Shown here piece by piece: positions 18,785-37,387 of a stretch of DNA of 64,000 bases. Where the stretch lies: the NCBI RefSeq assembly GCF_009914755.1, contig NC_060925.1. One strand, 5' to 3'. The stretch's first letter is position 1; each line of letters begins with the position of its first letter. Under the pieces are notes generated by a model. The model saw nothing but the letters and a program-made list of their open reading frames with translations, did no database searches and was not told where the DNA came from. The stretch is from the human T2T-CHM13v2.0 reference genome, Homo sapiens. Both the position numbers and the translations under genes were made by a program.

Positions 18785-21109
18785 GATGTTTCTAATCCAC
18801 CATAATTAAAGCATAGACTTTAGCTTGTTTTCTACTCTTCCTCCTACACCCTAGTGATGGTGACAGGCATATTATATACAGTCACATATTAAATGAGCCT
18901 TCTCCAAAAGCACATTCGTATAGCTTCCTTCTCAATGTTAGCTTGTAAATCAGCCAAAGTTACGTTCATAACAGTAAGAAAGTTCTCTGTAGAAAATCTT
19001 AGGATGTGAAGGATTAGAATAAACAAATCATAGGTTAGAAACGGTCAAACATTATCTATTCATTCTAGCCATGTAGAGAGCAGCAAGGTGGAGACCATGT
19101 AGCTCTCACAGAGGTGCCTCATGCTCATTAGAAGTTCCACCTGCTGTTCATAAGTCTTACAACACACAAAGGACTGTCAAGCATTTGTCAAATATTTCAG
19201 ACAAATGAATCATATTTCTGTAAGAAAAATGTAAACTGGATATTGAGGTTTTTTAGAGTTGGTAAATGAATAAGACCATAATTCACATATGAAAAATTAA
19301 TTTCATTACAGTTTCAGCTTGTATGCATCCATCTTCTCTGAGAAAATGCAAGGACATATACTGTACCTATAGTAACCATTTTTATTATTCCTGAAACTAG
19401 TATGCCAGAATTGCTAACATCTTTGTTTTGTTGTTTTTCCTGAGATGGGGTCTCACTATGGGACACAAAGTGGTTTCAAACTCCTGGGCTCAAGTAATCC
19501 TCCCACCTCAGCCTCCCAAGTAGCTAGGATTACAGGCACACTGCATGCCACCGCACCCAGCTAGTAACGTTTTACTAGCTGGGAAGCAGTGGTGTCTGTA
19601 GTGTTACTAAAATAATTTGTATTTCTAAACATATCATACTACCTTAGTAAAAAACAAAATACTTTGCACACAGATTTTTGCCTGTACCTATATAGAAAGC
19701 TGGAAAGAATTTTGTTCCCACCCTAACATAGAGAAAAAGCTTAATAAACTAACTCTCAAGTCCATGAGAGCTGAAGTCACAGGGCAACCAAGTAGCTTCA
19801 ATCCCAACAAGGAAAGACCCCTCCAAGGAGAAATGGGCCTGGCTTGCTTTTAGTGCAGCATGGAAAGAAAGAGAGCCACCATACCCCACTCAAAGCACAA
19901 AGCAAAGGCAGACCACACCCAGAATTTGAATCCTATAAAGTAAGGTTGGTAACCAGAGCAAGAAGAAAACCCAGCTTAACTAATGAATAGACTGACTCAA
20001 CCCCACACTAACAGCCTGAGAGGAGATGTGGCTCTTGCGGGAGTAACTGATGCCTGATATTTGTAGAGCACTTTAGAAATTACAAAGCACTTTGATGCGA
20101 TGTTCACATGATACTTACAACAATAAGATGGGTGTTACAATGCCCACTTCATAGAAAAGGCTCCTAAAAGTTAATTGCTTGACCTAAGTTAGATAGCAAG
20201 GGAGTGAATTGGAAAATTAACCCAGATCTTCCTACTCTGCTCAAAGAGACCTCTTGATAATTGTGCTAGATGCCGCTCTACTCATAAAGTAGAAAAATGA
20301 CAATCCAAATCACCTTTCTGTTCCTTGTCATCAGTGTATTGATTTTTATTTTCTTCTTAATCAACATTGTATTACATTCACTGAGACTACTAATTCCAAA
20401 ATAATAGAAACCATATTCAAAAGTGAATTGGAGAATCTCTTCAGGACACCTTAAGCTCCCTAGCAATGGACTGCTTACTAGTGGTCACTGTAAGATTTAT
20501 TTTCTTCATTTCTGGACATACTCTGTGGTAGTTTCATTTCGGTACTGGCCACCTTTTAATAATTTCAGTGGCAGAAAGCAGGTAAGAATTTTACCACCCA
20601 AAATATTTCTTTTCTTTGAAGAAAAAATCAATATCCCTTTTCTTTGAAGAGAATTTTTTTCATATGCTAGTAGGAGGTATTCTTTCTCTTAAGTGGAGGA
20701 AATGTTTCACGCTTACAGAAACAGGTAAGTAAATATTAGTATAATATGAAGCTATTAAAGAACAGTGAGGTCAATAAAGAATATTTTGACACTTGAAAAT
20801 CTCAGTAAACTTTCTATAAAACAAGGCCAAATGGTCAATTATTGTGAAAACTCTGTATCATGTATCTTAATGGCCCCCTAACAACACTCAAGTCAGGAGA
20901 TGAAAACCGTTCACAATCAATATGAAATCACTGCTTCTAATCTAAGCACATAGTCCCAACTCAGGATTCACTCTTCCATTGAGCAGTTATGTCTTAAGCA
21001 CCTAATATTTTTAGGTACCATGTTAGGTAAGCTCTAAATGAAGGCCATACTTCATAATTTCAAAATCAGCCAAAGCTGTGTCTAGATAAAACGAAAATAA
21101 AAACTGTAC

Positions 21110-21264
21110 CTTTTCCTAACAGTAAACCAGCCACAAAAGCTTTCTCACAGGCCAAAGCTGTATCTTCCTTCCAATCACTTTTTGCCCAAAAGTAGCTGAA
21201 ATGAAAGCCTGGCCACCAGTTTTTCCTGGAGTTCCACTCTTCTTGAACCCACGCAAGGTGGTTT
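21110..21264 (-). CDS. TAF1A: TAF1A exon 10 (155 nt)
   Basis: ttttccag / gtacag; [51 protein letters not shown]. Confidence 0.95.
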
Positions 21265-22918
21265 CTGGAAAAGAAAAATGTCAAAAGAGAGGGTCAATGA
21301 TGGAAACAAATCTATATTATCAGAATTTAGACTTAACTAGAGTCTACAGAAAGATGACAAGGAAGATGCTTCCAAGCTAAATTCTCAATATGGCCAAGGC
21401 ATAACACATGATTGGCAACAGCAGGAAAGCAAATCCTTTTTTGTTCTCTTCCATCTCCATATCCCATTTTCCATTTCACTAAACAGACAGTTTAGCACAG
21501 TGGTTACAGAACAGACTCGAAGCCAGAATCCTGGATTCAAATATCAGCTCTTCCATCTACTATGTATGTGATCCTGGGCAAGTTGCTGAACCTCTCTGAG
21601 CTTCAGTGCCCTTGAGGACATTAGTGGTACTGATCTCATAGGAATGTTATTAAGATTAAACTATTCTAGTAGTAGGGTACAGCAGGTCTCATATAAAGCT
21701 CTTTGCATAGTGTCTGGTACATAGTAAATGTTCAATAAATATTATCTATTACTATTACTTAAGTAAAACCTTACTTAAAATTATATGCTGCCATGAATTA
21801 CTATCCAAATGGAGATACCATTATTATACAAATACATTAAGACATATGTTAAACTGTTAAGTGCAGGCAATTCTGTGTGTCTGTGAATAATTTTTTTTAT
21901 TGTATATATTTAAGGTATACAACATGTTTCATATACATATAGTTAACTTTTTTGAGTGGTGGGAGCACCTGAACTCTACTCATAGTAAATTTCCTATATG
22001 CAATACAATATTAACTACAGTCTACGTTGCACATTAGATCTCTATAATTTAATTGAGCAAATGCTTATTGGCACCCATGTGCCCCCTATGGTAGAACAAA
22101 TAGAGGTTCGAAAAAATGAACCTCTTTGCTTTCAAGGACCTTATGATCTAGTAGAAGTTTATTCAGGGCTTCAGATTTAGAAAATGCTTTACAGTGAGTG
22201 CGTCAACATATGACACCAAAACCATTTTATAAACAGCACTGTCCCATCGGGACAAGTCAGATCTGAAGCCTGAAACAATTTCCAACTGACACTGAATTGC
22301 CTAACAACTAAATTGGATATAATAAATATATGAAACAACTTTGTAATATCCCTTCTTCTCACACACTAAGTAAAAATAACAGGAAATTCATTTTCTTTTA
22401 CTCAAAATGTGACACTAACAATATTATGATCAGAGGTACACTTTTAGATACCCAGGTCAAAATGGATTTAATGAGTATTTGTTAAATGACTAGTGTATGA
22501 TGATCTTGTCAGGTCCTAAAAATACTCACTGAAAATGATCAAACACAGGTAGGAGGAAAGCTGCTTCCCATGTGATCTTACAAGTTAATGACGCACAAAT
22601 CACAAAGAGTCTTTAGCAAAGAGTGATCCCTGCTAGTCTTTATTTCCAAATGGAAAACACATACGTATTCCTTAGCAAGCAGTAGTGCTAAGTACAGGAT
22701 TTATTTTGATGGCATAAAAAAATTGATAGAATTTTTGTATGTTCTCCTTATGACTCTGTATTTCTTTGCTTCAGAAGAAAATGTACTCAGAAAACAGCTG
22801 AAGACACAATTCAAGAAATTATAAAACATAAGCAAAGATCTTTAAAAATTGATATTAGCTAAAATATTGGGAAATATTATTTATGATGACCTAGTAATAA
22901 ACACTGTATGTTTCTTAC

Positions 22919-23042
22919 CCCATTAAGATATTTTTCAGATATTTTGCCAAGTATTTCCAAGCAGTTATATTCTTAGTGCATCCGGCAAAATCTAAGACTC
23001 CAAATAATACCTCCAACCCCAGTTTACGGTGTTCTTCTTTTT
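22919..23042 (-). CDS. TAF1A: TAF1A exon 9 (124 nt)
   Basis: ttgcag / gtaaga; (E)[40 protein letters not shown](G). Confidence 0.95.
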
Positions 23043-23541
23043 CTGCAATGGTTTTAACAGTTCAAGTTTACATAAGGTATTAAAGTGTACAAAGCTAAAA
23101 TTTACATGTATACATTTTATCAACTGTATATATACTTTACATATATGTTGTTGATAAAATACTGAATCATAAGCCTTCTGGTTAACAGTTTTTAAAAATT
23201 CATTATGCTCTTACTCCTGCAATGAATCTGAAAAACTCAATAAAAATCCCTGCTAATGAGGTAATGGTGGTGAATTTGATCTCAATATGGGTTACACTCC
23301 TCTACTAAGGACATTATTTAAAGTACCTGCCCTGTTTGGGCATTTTATACATGTTCTTTCATATTCAGAGAGGAACCTAGGCAGTCCTAGGACCAGCTTG
23401 GGCTTAGCCAGCTGATTTTCTTCTATGAAGGAGCATGCTCTCTTCTATGGTGTGCTGAAATGTAGCAGGGATTAAAATGGAGTGAATTATATAAAATCGA
23501 GCCATTTCTCTTTTGCAAACTACTGCCTTCACATTGTGTAA

Positions 23542-23757
23542 CAGGAGTAGGCAAACTTTTTCTATAAAGGCCCAGATAATAAATATTTTAAGCTTTGCAA
23601 GGCATACAGTCTCTGTCACAACTACACGGCTCTGTCACTATAGTGCAAAAGCAGCCGCAGACAATACATAAACAGATGGACTCCAACAGAACTTGATTTA
23701 TAAAATCAGGAAAGGGGTGGATTTAGCCGATGGGCTAAACTAGTTTGCTGGTCCCTA
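23542..23757 (+). mobile_element. MER58A-like hAT-Charlie DNA transposon
   Basis: ggcaaactttttctataaagg..cagataataaatatttt...tagtttgctg. Confidence 0.8.
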
Positions 23758-23804
23758 GTCTATAGCTTGTCTACACAAGGTATAAAACAACATTTATTTA
23801 TTAC

Positions 23805-23871
23805 CTGATTTTCTAAGTAATGTATGGAATTCCAACATCAATTTATGAGATGGTACAATCTGATACAAAAT
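23805..23871 (-). CDS. TAF1A: TAF1A exon 8 (67 nt)
   Basis: ttctttcag / gtaata; ILYQIVPSHKLMLEFHTLLRKS. Confidence 0.94.
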
Positions 23872-25834
23872 CTGAAAGAAAGAACAGTCTTGTAATCTTT
23901 ACATACTTGTAAAAGCATTTCTCAAATTTCAGCTTACTTTCAAAATAAAGTTCTTACTGTCTAATATGCTCTCTTTAAATTTATTAAGTATTTTAAAAAT
24001 ACCCTGGCTCTTTATCTAGTTTCAATCTAAGTATAGAAAAGCATTCTCTGTAAAGCTGTCTTAAAAAAAAAAAAAAAAAAAAGGCCCTGATAACAAAATA
24101 GTCAGGAGAAGTGAGGAAAATAGGCAGGGACTTTTTATTTGCTCCTTATACATATCTATACTGTTTACCACGCTCAACAACTAAAAACGATTTCTTTCAG
24201 AAGCCAGGACTGAAGAAAAAAAGAAAAAAATCAATTATCACACAGAAAATATACTTATTTACTAAACAGAAGAGATCACAGAATATTTATATAAAGCAAA
24301 AAAGCTAAAAAGGCTGGGAGTTAATTTCACAGATTGTGCTCAGGAACAGTTTACTAAGGTTATATGAGTAAATATTTTAACAACCTTTCACACAATGAAA
24401 AAATTAAAGATTTTTCTTTTAAAAAATAGGAAGGACTATTTTTATGAATATTCAAAAAATGGAATTTAAAGTAAAGCTGTATTTTTCATTTTAATACATT
24501 TAATACTAGAAATGAATTCATTCTGCTTACTAAAGTACTTTGACCTTACATTGAAATAATTTCCAACAAAATTAAAAGTAAATTTTGTTAATTTCTCTTA
24601 ATCATTTTTAAAAAGATCAATCAAGATCAATACACCAATATCAGAGAATATTATTGAAATTCAGTTCCTATGAAAGTCACATTTGTCTCATGATTTTATA
24701 GAATTCTGTATATGGCTCAATTCACTTAGATTTTTCTATTGAAATATAACATGTAGTAGAAGTGCATACAAATCATGACACCAGTCAGTTTTCACAAAGT
24801 TAAACACTCAGGTAACCAGCACCCAGATCAAATAATAGCACATCACCAGAACACTAGAAATCCTCCATTTGTTTTGAAAAAGTCTTAGTCATGAGCCCTT
24901 CAAATGCCAGTGTTTTTAAAAAATTAGTTTGCTTGCTTTTGCCCTGTTCTATTCAGAGGTCCTCCACCTAGGACTCCAATGACAGGTATGTCAGATCTTT
25001 TCACCAATTCACTTGTATGCTCGTTTCTGCACCTTTCATCCTTTTTGTTCTCCATGGTTTAGCCTGATATTTTCTATGCAGTTCATTAATCCTCTCTTTT
25101 GCTATGTCCAATCTGCTATTAAACCCATGTATTGAGATCTTAATTCCAAATACCCTATTTTTCAAAAGGAAAAACAGAATTTCTCTAAATCCATCTTGTC
25201 TTGAATATAAATATGAGATAAGTATTCAACAGTTATTTTCTGTAGCATTTTAAAAAATCTTTTCAAAAACACCATTAGTGATTGATAACCTGAAAGCACA
25301 GTCTTGCTTTTGTTTTAAACACAATCCTTAATATTTTGTAATATAAATGAGCCAAAAGCTATCTTAAGAGAGTAAAATAAAAATAGCAACTTTAAAGGTA
25401 TTGTTTAGTCCAGCCTGGGCAACATAGCAAAACCCTGTTTCTCCAAAAATACAAAAAATTAGCCAGCCATGGTGGCGTGTGCCTGTAGTCCCAGCTACTC
25501 GGGAGGCTGAGGTGGCAGGATCACCTGAGCCAGGGAGGTGGAGGCTACAGGGAGCCTCACGTGATCATGCCATTGCACTCCAGCTTGGGCAACAGAGTGA
25601 GACCCTGTTTCAAACAACAACAACAGCAAAGGATTGTTTAGTAAAACAAAGCCTGTTGAAAAATTTATAAAACTTAGTTTCCACATCTGAAGGTTTGATA
25701 ATGCCAATTTTGATCACGAAAGTATAAAGATAATTGGCCTTTTAAAAGAAAACAGAGATAAGAACTTTTCTCTATCATTTCTTTAGGTTGAAAGGACCTT
25801 TGTCTTTCACCTCTAAAATGCCATGATTAAAAAC

Positions 25835-28800
25835 TGAACACAAAATATACAAAGAATTCCTATAATTTAACAACAAAAACCAAACAACCCAATTCATAAA
25901 AGGGCAGAGGACTTGAATAGACATTTGCCAAAGATGATAAACAAATGGCCAATAAGCACATGAAAAGATACACATCACTAGACATTAGGGAAATGCAAAC
26001 CAAAACCACACTGAGACACAGATACCACTTCACACCCACTAGGATAGCGGTCCCCAACTTTTTTGGCACCAGGTCCTGGTTTCGTGGAAGACAATTTTTC
26101 CACAGACCAGTGTGAGGGTCAAGGATGGTTTCGGGATTGCATTATTTATGCACTTTACATTTATTGTGCACTTTATATTATTACATTATAATATATAATG
26201 AAATAATTATACAACTCACCATAAGTAGAATCAGTGAGAGCCCTTGTTTTCCTGCAACTGGATGATCCCATCTGGGGGTGATGGGAGACAGTTACAGATC
26301 ATTAAGCATTAAATTCTCATAAGGAGCACACAACCTAGATCCCTCCCATGTGCAGTTCACAATACGGTCCGGGCTCCTATGAGAATCTAATGCCACCGCT
26401 GATCTGACAGGAGGCAGACCTCAGGTAATGCTCACTTGCCTGATGCTCACTTTCTGCTGTGTGGCCTGGTTCCTAACAGGTCACAAACAGATACCGGTCC
26501 ATGACCCAGGGGTTGGGGATCCCTGCACTAGGATATCAATGATCAAAAAAGGGGATGGAGAATAGAAGCTGTTAGCCAGGATGTGGAATTGTTGGTAGGA
26601 ATGTAAAATAGTGTAGTTGCTGTAGAAAACAGTTTGACAATTCCTCAAAAAGTTAAAAGAATTACCATATAATCCAGCAATTTCACTCCTGAGTATACAC
26701 CCAAAAGAAGTGAAAGCAGCGAACTCCAACAAATACCTGTACACTAATCTTTAGAGCAGCATTACTTATAATAGCCAAACAACAAACACAACCCAAATGT
26801 CTACCAAGAAATGGATAAGCAAAATGTTGTAGGTACATAAAATGGAATATTATTCAGCCTTAAATAAAAATGGCCGTTCTGATATATGCTACAACATGGA
26901 TGAACCTTGAAAACATTATGCTAAGTGAAATTAGCAAGACACAAAAGGACAAATGTTATATGATTCCACTTATATGAGGTACCTAGAATAATCAAATTCA
27001 CGAAGATGGAAATTAGCACAGAGGTTTTCAGGGGCTGGGAGGAGCAGGCAATGAGGAGTTATTGTTTAATGAAGTTTCTACTTCGGATAACGAAAACATT
27101 CTGGAAATAGACAGTGATGGTGGTTGCACAAAACTGTGAATGAATGTACTTAATGCCACTAAATTATATGCTTTAAAAATGATCAAAATGGTAACATTTA
27201 TTTTTGTATATATTTTCCCACAATTTAAAATGTTAAGCAATATTATATACAACAACCCCATGAAACACTTAGGGACAAATTTAACAAAATACATACACTA
27301 AAAACTACAAAACAGTTCAGAGAGAAATTAAAAACCTAAATAAATGGAGAGACATGCCATGTTTACACTTTGGAAACCTCAATACAGTTGAGATGTCAAT
27401 TCTCTCAAACTGATCTATAGATTCAAAATCTCAGCAAGACCTTTTTGTAGCAACAGGTAAGTTGATTATACAATATACATGGAAAGTTAAAGAACCTAGA
27501 AAAGCCAAAAGCAATTTTGAAAAAGAACAAATTTGTATGACTTTCATGATATGATTCCAAGACTTGCTACAAAGCTACAGTAACCATATTAAGGCCACAT
27601 GAGATATTACTACACACCCACTAGAATGGCAATAACTCACATTTAGAAGACCTACAATATGAAGTATTGGCAAGGATGTGGAGAAACTGAATTTTCATCT
27701 ATTGAGGTGGAAATATACATCACTAGAACACAACAGACTTCATATACAGCCTACTGGTTTTCAACAAAGTTCCAAATGTACTAAATGGAGAAAGGAGAGT
27801 CTTCAATATAATGCTGGAACAACCACATGGGAAAAAATGAACCTTGACCTTTGCCACACACTACCCACAAAAAAATAGCTAAAAATCTACCATGACCTAA
27901 ACATAAAACTATATAACACATCTAGAAAAAAAAAAAAAAGAACTCTTCATTATCTTGAGATAGGCAAATATTTCTTAGACAAAAAGCACTAACCATAAAA
28001 GAAAAAAAAATGTACAAACTGAACATCAAAACTAGAAGTTTCTACTCTTTGAAAGATACTATTAAGGAAACCAAAAGGCAAGGCACAGTCAGAGAGAAAA
28101 TATTCATAATTAATATTCTTCACAAAGGACTTATATCCAGATTATATAAAAATTTCCAAATCAGTAAGAAGACAATTGATCCCCCCAAAAATAGACTAAG
28201 TAGTTGGACACATGACAAAAGAAGATACAGGAATGGCCAATAGACATACTAAAAGATGCTCAACATCACTAGTCATTAGGGAAATACAATTTAATGCCAC
28301 ATGGGACACCCACAAGAGGCTATTATTCAAAAGACCTCCAATACCAAGTGTTGGCACAGATGTGGAGAAACTGAATTTTCATATTGCTGTGTGAATGTCG
28401 ATGGTACAGTCACTTCAAAAAACAGCTGGGCAGTTTCTTAGGAAGTTAAGCATATACTTTCCTTACTACTCTTAGGCAGCAACTCCTCTCTCAGGTAGCT
28501 ACCCAAGAAACATGAAAATATATGTGTATACAGAATCTTGTACATGAATGTTCTCAGCAGCATCATTCACAATAGCCAAAAAGTAAAAATTACCCAAATG
28601 TCCATCAAGAAGTGAATGTATAAAAATGAAATACTATTCAGCAGTAATAAGGAAATTACTAATATACACAATAACATGGGTGAATCTCAAATATGTTACG
28701 CTGAGCAAGAGAAGCCAGATTAAAATGACTACATAAGAGTCCATTTACATGAAATTCTAGAAGAGATAAAAATTAATCTATAGTGACAATAAGCAGATCA

Positions 28801-28985
28801 GTGATTGTCTGGGGCCATGGTTGTGGGGACAGACCGGCTGCAAAGGGAAATGAAAGGCATTCTGGGGGCGACAGAAATGTTCTATATCATGATTACCATG
28901 GTGGTTCATGAATGTAACGCATCCAAGCACATACTTAAAATAAGTGTGTTTACTCTCTGAAAACTAAATTTCAATAAAGTTGATT
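25835..28985 (+). mobile_element. Old L1 fragments (L1MB/MC-like), antisense to TAF1A
   Basis: ORF2 C-terminal and 3' UTR motifs (aaatggccaataagcacatgaaaaga, catggatgaaccttgaaaacattatgctaagtgaaa). Confidence 0.8.
26045..26525 (+). mobile_element. MER1A-like hAT-Charlie element inserted in L1
   Basis: TIRs tagcggtccccaac...gttggggatccctg; perfect 8-bp TSD cactagga at 26037-26044 and 26526-26533. Confidence 0.9.
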
Positions 28986-29252
28986 TTCAAAAAATATCAG
29001 TGCAGAGTATTCCAACCAGGGTTGCACAAGACTTCTGATCCTCTCTCCTCAGTCTCATCCGGGCAGCAGGGGATAGCGTGGATGATACATACATGGAGAT
29101 GGCAGCTGGAGCCAACTTTCTCTGTTTATCTCAGTGTACTGTACATTATTGAAATTTTCTGTAGATGCTATAAAAGTTAGAAAGCAATGGCCTAAGAATG
29201 TTTTAATGTAGATTCCCAACCCTGGTCAAACATCGAGATAAAAATTCTATAC

Positions 29253-29411
29253 CTTAAGCACACTTATCAATTTTGATCTTGGTGCCTTCTGTCTCTTTAG
29301 AAAGTTGTATAAGTAGATATGGGCATTTGGATTTGATGGAAACTTTTCATCATATGCATAATTGGTGAGTACCTCTTGGGCTCCATCTCGATCCCCATAG
29401 AATTCCAGCAT
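29253..29411 (-). CDS. TAF1A: TAF1A exon 7 (159 nt)
   Basis: ttttatatag / gtatag; [53 protein letters not shown]. Confidence 0.95.
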
Positions 29412-30277
29412 CTATATAAAATAAATCATAATATCTTAGCTGAATTCTGTAAGACAGCTATACGAAAAATAATACACAGCATAAGTTTACTGATGGGTAT
29501 TTTTTAAAAATCACAAAACTGACAGGGTTCCCATTTTTTCCCTGTATTTTGTTACTACTAATAAACAATGCAGCAACCTCAACATAAATTCTCTTCCTAT
29601 AAAAAATAAGAGTCCTCAAAGCAGGGAACACTAATGCTTGAAAATGTGATGCAGCTAACCTCAGTGCCCTACATCACTGCAGCCACAAAAGGAGTGCATG
29701 AGAATTGTAATTCCTTTCATCCTGTTCCCATCCTTACACAGGAATCTCCAGATTATGATTTTGGAGATTATCTTCTGACAACACAATTATCAACTTGCCA
29801 CTCATTAACTTTCACAAAGCAAATTATTTTGAAGATTTATTCCTAGTGCCTAGCACCAAGGCCCTCAGTCCTTTTACAATGACTCTGGGATGACAGGACA
29901 TTCTTATGAACTTCCAAAAAGCCATCATTCTTCACCTCATATAGTATGACCCATTTTTTCAGATTTTTGTCCTCTTTCCTTCTATATCCCACCAAATCAT
30001 AAGGTATCTTACTGCATTTCTTTTAAGCTCAACAAGAATAAGATTGAATTAACATTTACAACTATACTGCTATTTATTTTATAGATACTTGGCCACGACG
30101 GGTTATACAGTGGTGAAAATAAACAAATTCAGACCAAAAAAGAGACACCGTATTTTTGCTTTCTTTTAAATAATTTTTTCCATTAGTTTCTTTCTGATCA
30201 ATAAAGATTAGGCATGCAGTCTTTGTATAGGCTTTTGACAAAATAAAACCAATAAATTTAATGAAAATTCTACTTAC

Positions 30278-30408
30278 TTCTACATAACTCTTCACAAAAG
30301 GGTCCCAAACTCCAGGAATTTTAATCAATGCAGAAATATTTGCAGATGTCTTCCAGCTGTGGTTGAACACATCCTGGGCTACTGCATTGTAAGCATAATC
30401 ATCCTTAT
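30278..30408 (-). CDS. TAF1A: TAF1A exon 6 (131 nt)
   Basis: ctttgggcag / gtaagt; (D)[43 protein letters not shown], inside ORF 30074..30424. Confidence 0.95.
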
Positions 30409-30484
30409 CTGCCCAAAGATACAAGATCTTTTAACATTCATTAAACATTGAGGACCTCTGTTAAATTAGTAATTTAAAAAACTA

Positions 30485-34800
<4,316 letters not shown>

Positions 34801-34982
34801 AAGAAAGTTACTCAAGTCTTTCAAAAATAGCTATTAGAAGCACAAGATACTGCAAACCAAACAGAGGCACTGGTATCTTTTTCCCAGTGGATCAGTTAAA
34901 TACATATCAATATGAACTTAGAAATGAGGTGATAGGAAAGTAGGTAAGACATTATATGGAAAAAAATTTTTTTTAAAAAAAG

Positions 34983-35334
<352 letters not shown>

Positions 35335-36589
35335 TCACCAAGTGCATCAATCCCAACCAAGACAGAGCCACATAACAGCAAGAAAGTCCCAAGCTGACTC
35401 CAAGTACAAGTTCACATGGTAAGTGCCCATGAGTTTGGTTATAAAGAACTAGTCCTAACTTTTTTTCTCGTTAAATAGACACTTGAGGTGAATGATCATC
35501 TAAGAGCTCTACATATTATCCCATCATCATCTATTGTTGCTACAGAACTGTCAGCTACGGAAAGGTACTGAATCATCTATCCACAAGAGTAACATTACAA
35601 ATGCGATGTTCCAACAGCTTTAATCATCAGATATTTGCTTGAGTTTTACCTAACCATGTATAAGAAGAAAAGTAAATACTGACTTTAAAACTAACCTAAT
35701 CAATGAGTAAGTTTTGAAAAAGAACTATTACACCAGAAAATATGACAAGACTAACAAAAGAAATAGAGGAATATTACATCAAACATTGATTAGTCTAAAC
35801 GGGAAGATATCTGGACTAATAAAATACACATGAAAAAACTTAGCACAATTAGAAAGCAAGAGATGAATAGCCAAATGATTCAGGCTGAACATGCAGCTGA
35901 TATATTAAGTTTAAGGTGTAAGAATGAGGGTTTGGGACAGCGATCCAATGAGTCTTGAAGAATAGAGAGCATTCTAGAAGAGGAGACTCTACAAAGGCCT
36001 CACAAGATTATCATGATGAAGAGAGCATTTCAGAGTATCTTGAAAGAAGAGGGAAGGGAATCGAAATTAGTGAAACTACATGCCCAGAGACCAAGGAAAT
36101 ACCACTTATCACATAAGGATAATAAGGAAATACTGCTTACCACATAAGAAGTGATAAATAGTAGGACTAAGATATGGAGGAGGATGAAAACAGAAAGGGG
36201 TTAATCATAGAGATTAGGTTAATCTCGAGGATTATCCCCTACGGAGAAACTATACAAGGCAAGCGAATTGCAAAGAATCATACAGTTCCAGTGAATGCAA
36301 ATCTGGGCATAAATGAAGATGATAACACCATTGAAGGTTAAGAGAAGGGGAATCAGTTTGAGAACTGAATGGTCAACTTCTGGTATAGTCAATAAATCAA
36401 GAAAATTGTCCATTATAACCTTTACACAAAAATGAAATGACCATCTTGACCTATTCTTTAAACATATTATTCTGAGAAATAACATTACAAAGTAAATTAA
36501 ACTCCATTCTAGGCACACAGGAAGAAATGTTTATTATATGTAATAATGACTGCTGAAGAAAATCTGTAGCCTTTCTTAGAAATTGGCAA

Positions 36590-36950
36590 AGACTTTCTTC
36601 TTGACCAAACTCCAGCCAGGCTCCTCTGAGCTCTCTTCTGGACTAGGCCTCAAACTTGGCCAATAAATACTTGAACATAGTTTCTAGAACACTAACATAG
36701 TTTCTAACAGCTCAAGGCCACATCCCCAGGATGACCCCAGCCCCTCTTGAAATGTTTGCCTGGGAAAACTCCAGAAGAATTTACTGGTGGTTCTGCCTTC
36801 TGCTTTTTAAGCTCCCCACCCCCACCCTTTACAACCCCAAGTCACCTCCATAGAAATTGGAATGGAGTTTAGCTCTTCCTCCTGTCAGTAGTTACTGAAT
36901 CAAACCTGTCTCCACTGCTGTGTCTGGCTGTGTTTATCCTGGACTAAATC
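36590..36950 (+). mobile_element. Probable ERV1-class solo LTR fragment (MER34/MER39-like)
   Basis: ccagccaggctcctctgagc...gactaggcctc...ccaggatgacccc...ggagtttagctc pattern; subfamily uncertain. Confidence 0.45.
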
Positions 36951-37188
36951 ACATTCAAAACAGCAATGAACCTAAAATGATCATGAACTTAATTATGAAC
37001 CATCTAATTTATGATTGAAGCTTTTTATATATCAGAAATATTATAAAGGATCAAGAATTTTAAATCCATAAAAAGTCTGTTCTCCATAATATCTGGATGA
37101 AGTCAATAGGGAAATTACTAGATTACTCCTTAAGATCCCTCTGCCCCTCAGTCTCATCATAAGAAAAAGTTTACCTGTATTCACTTAC

Positions 37189-37387
37189 CAAGCTTTGACA
37201 ATTCCATCTTCTTTTCAGACCAGGTATAATACTGTAAAAGCCCTTTATAGGCCTGAATAAGGTTGATTAATATTTCCCGGGAAGACGTATTTTCACCATG
37301 TCTCCATGTCTCTGCCTCACTCAGATTTCTCTTAGCATCTTTAAGCATTCCATGATGCAGAAGGTATAATGCATGTTGTAAGGAGAT
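37189..37387 (-). CDS. TAF1A: TAF1A exon 5 (199 nt)
   Basis: tttttgcag / gtaagt; [22 protein letters not shown]...KMELSKL, inside ORF 37181..37393. Confidence 0.95.

Noticed and set aside
21066-21109. Read-through of TAF1A exon 10 giving a [14 protein letters not shown] tail
   Set aside because: Ordinary run-on past a valid donor; splicing to exon 11 gives the expected 450-aa protein.
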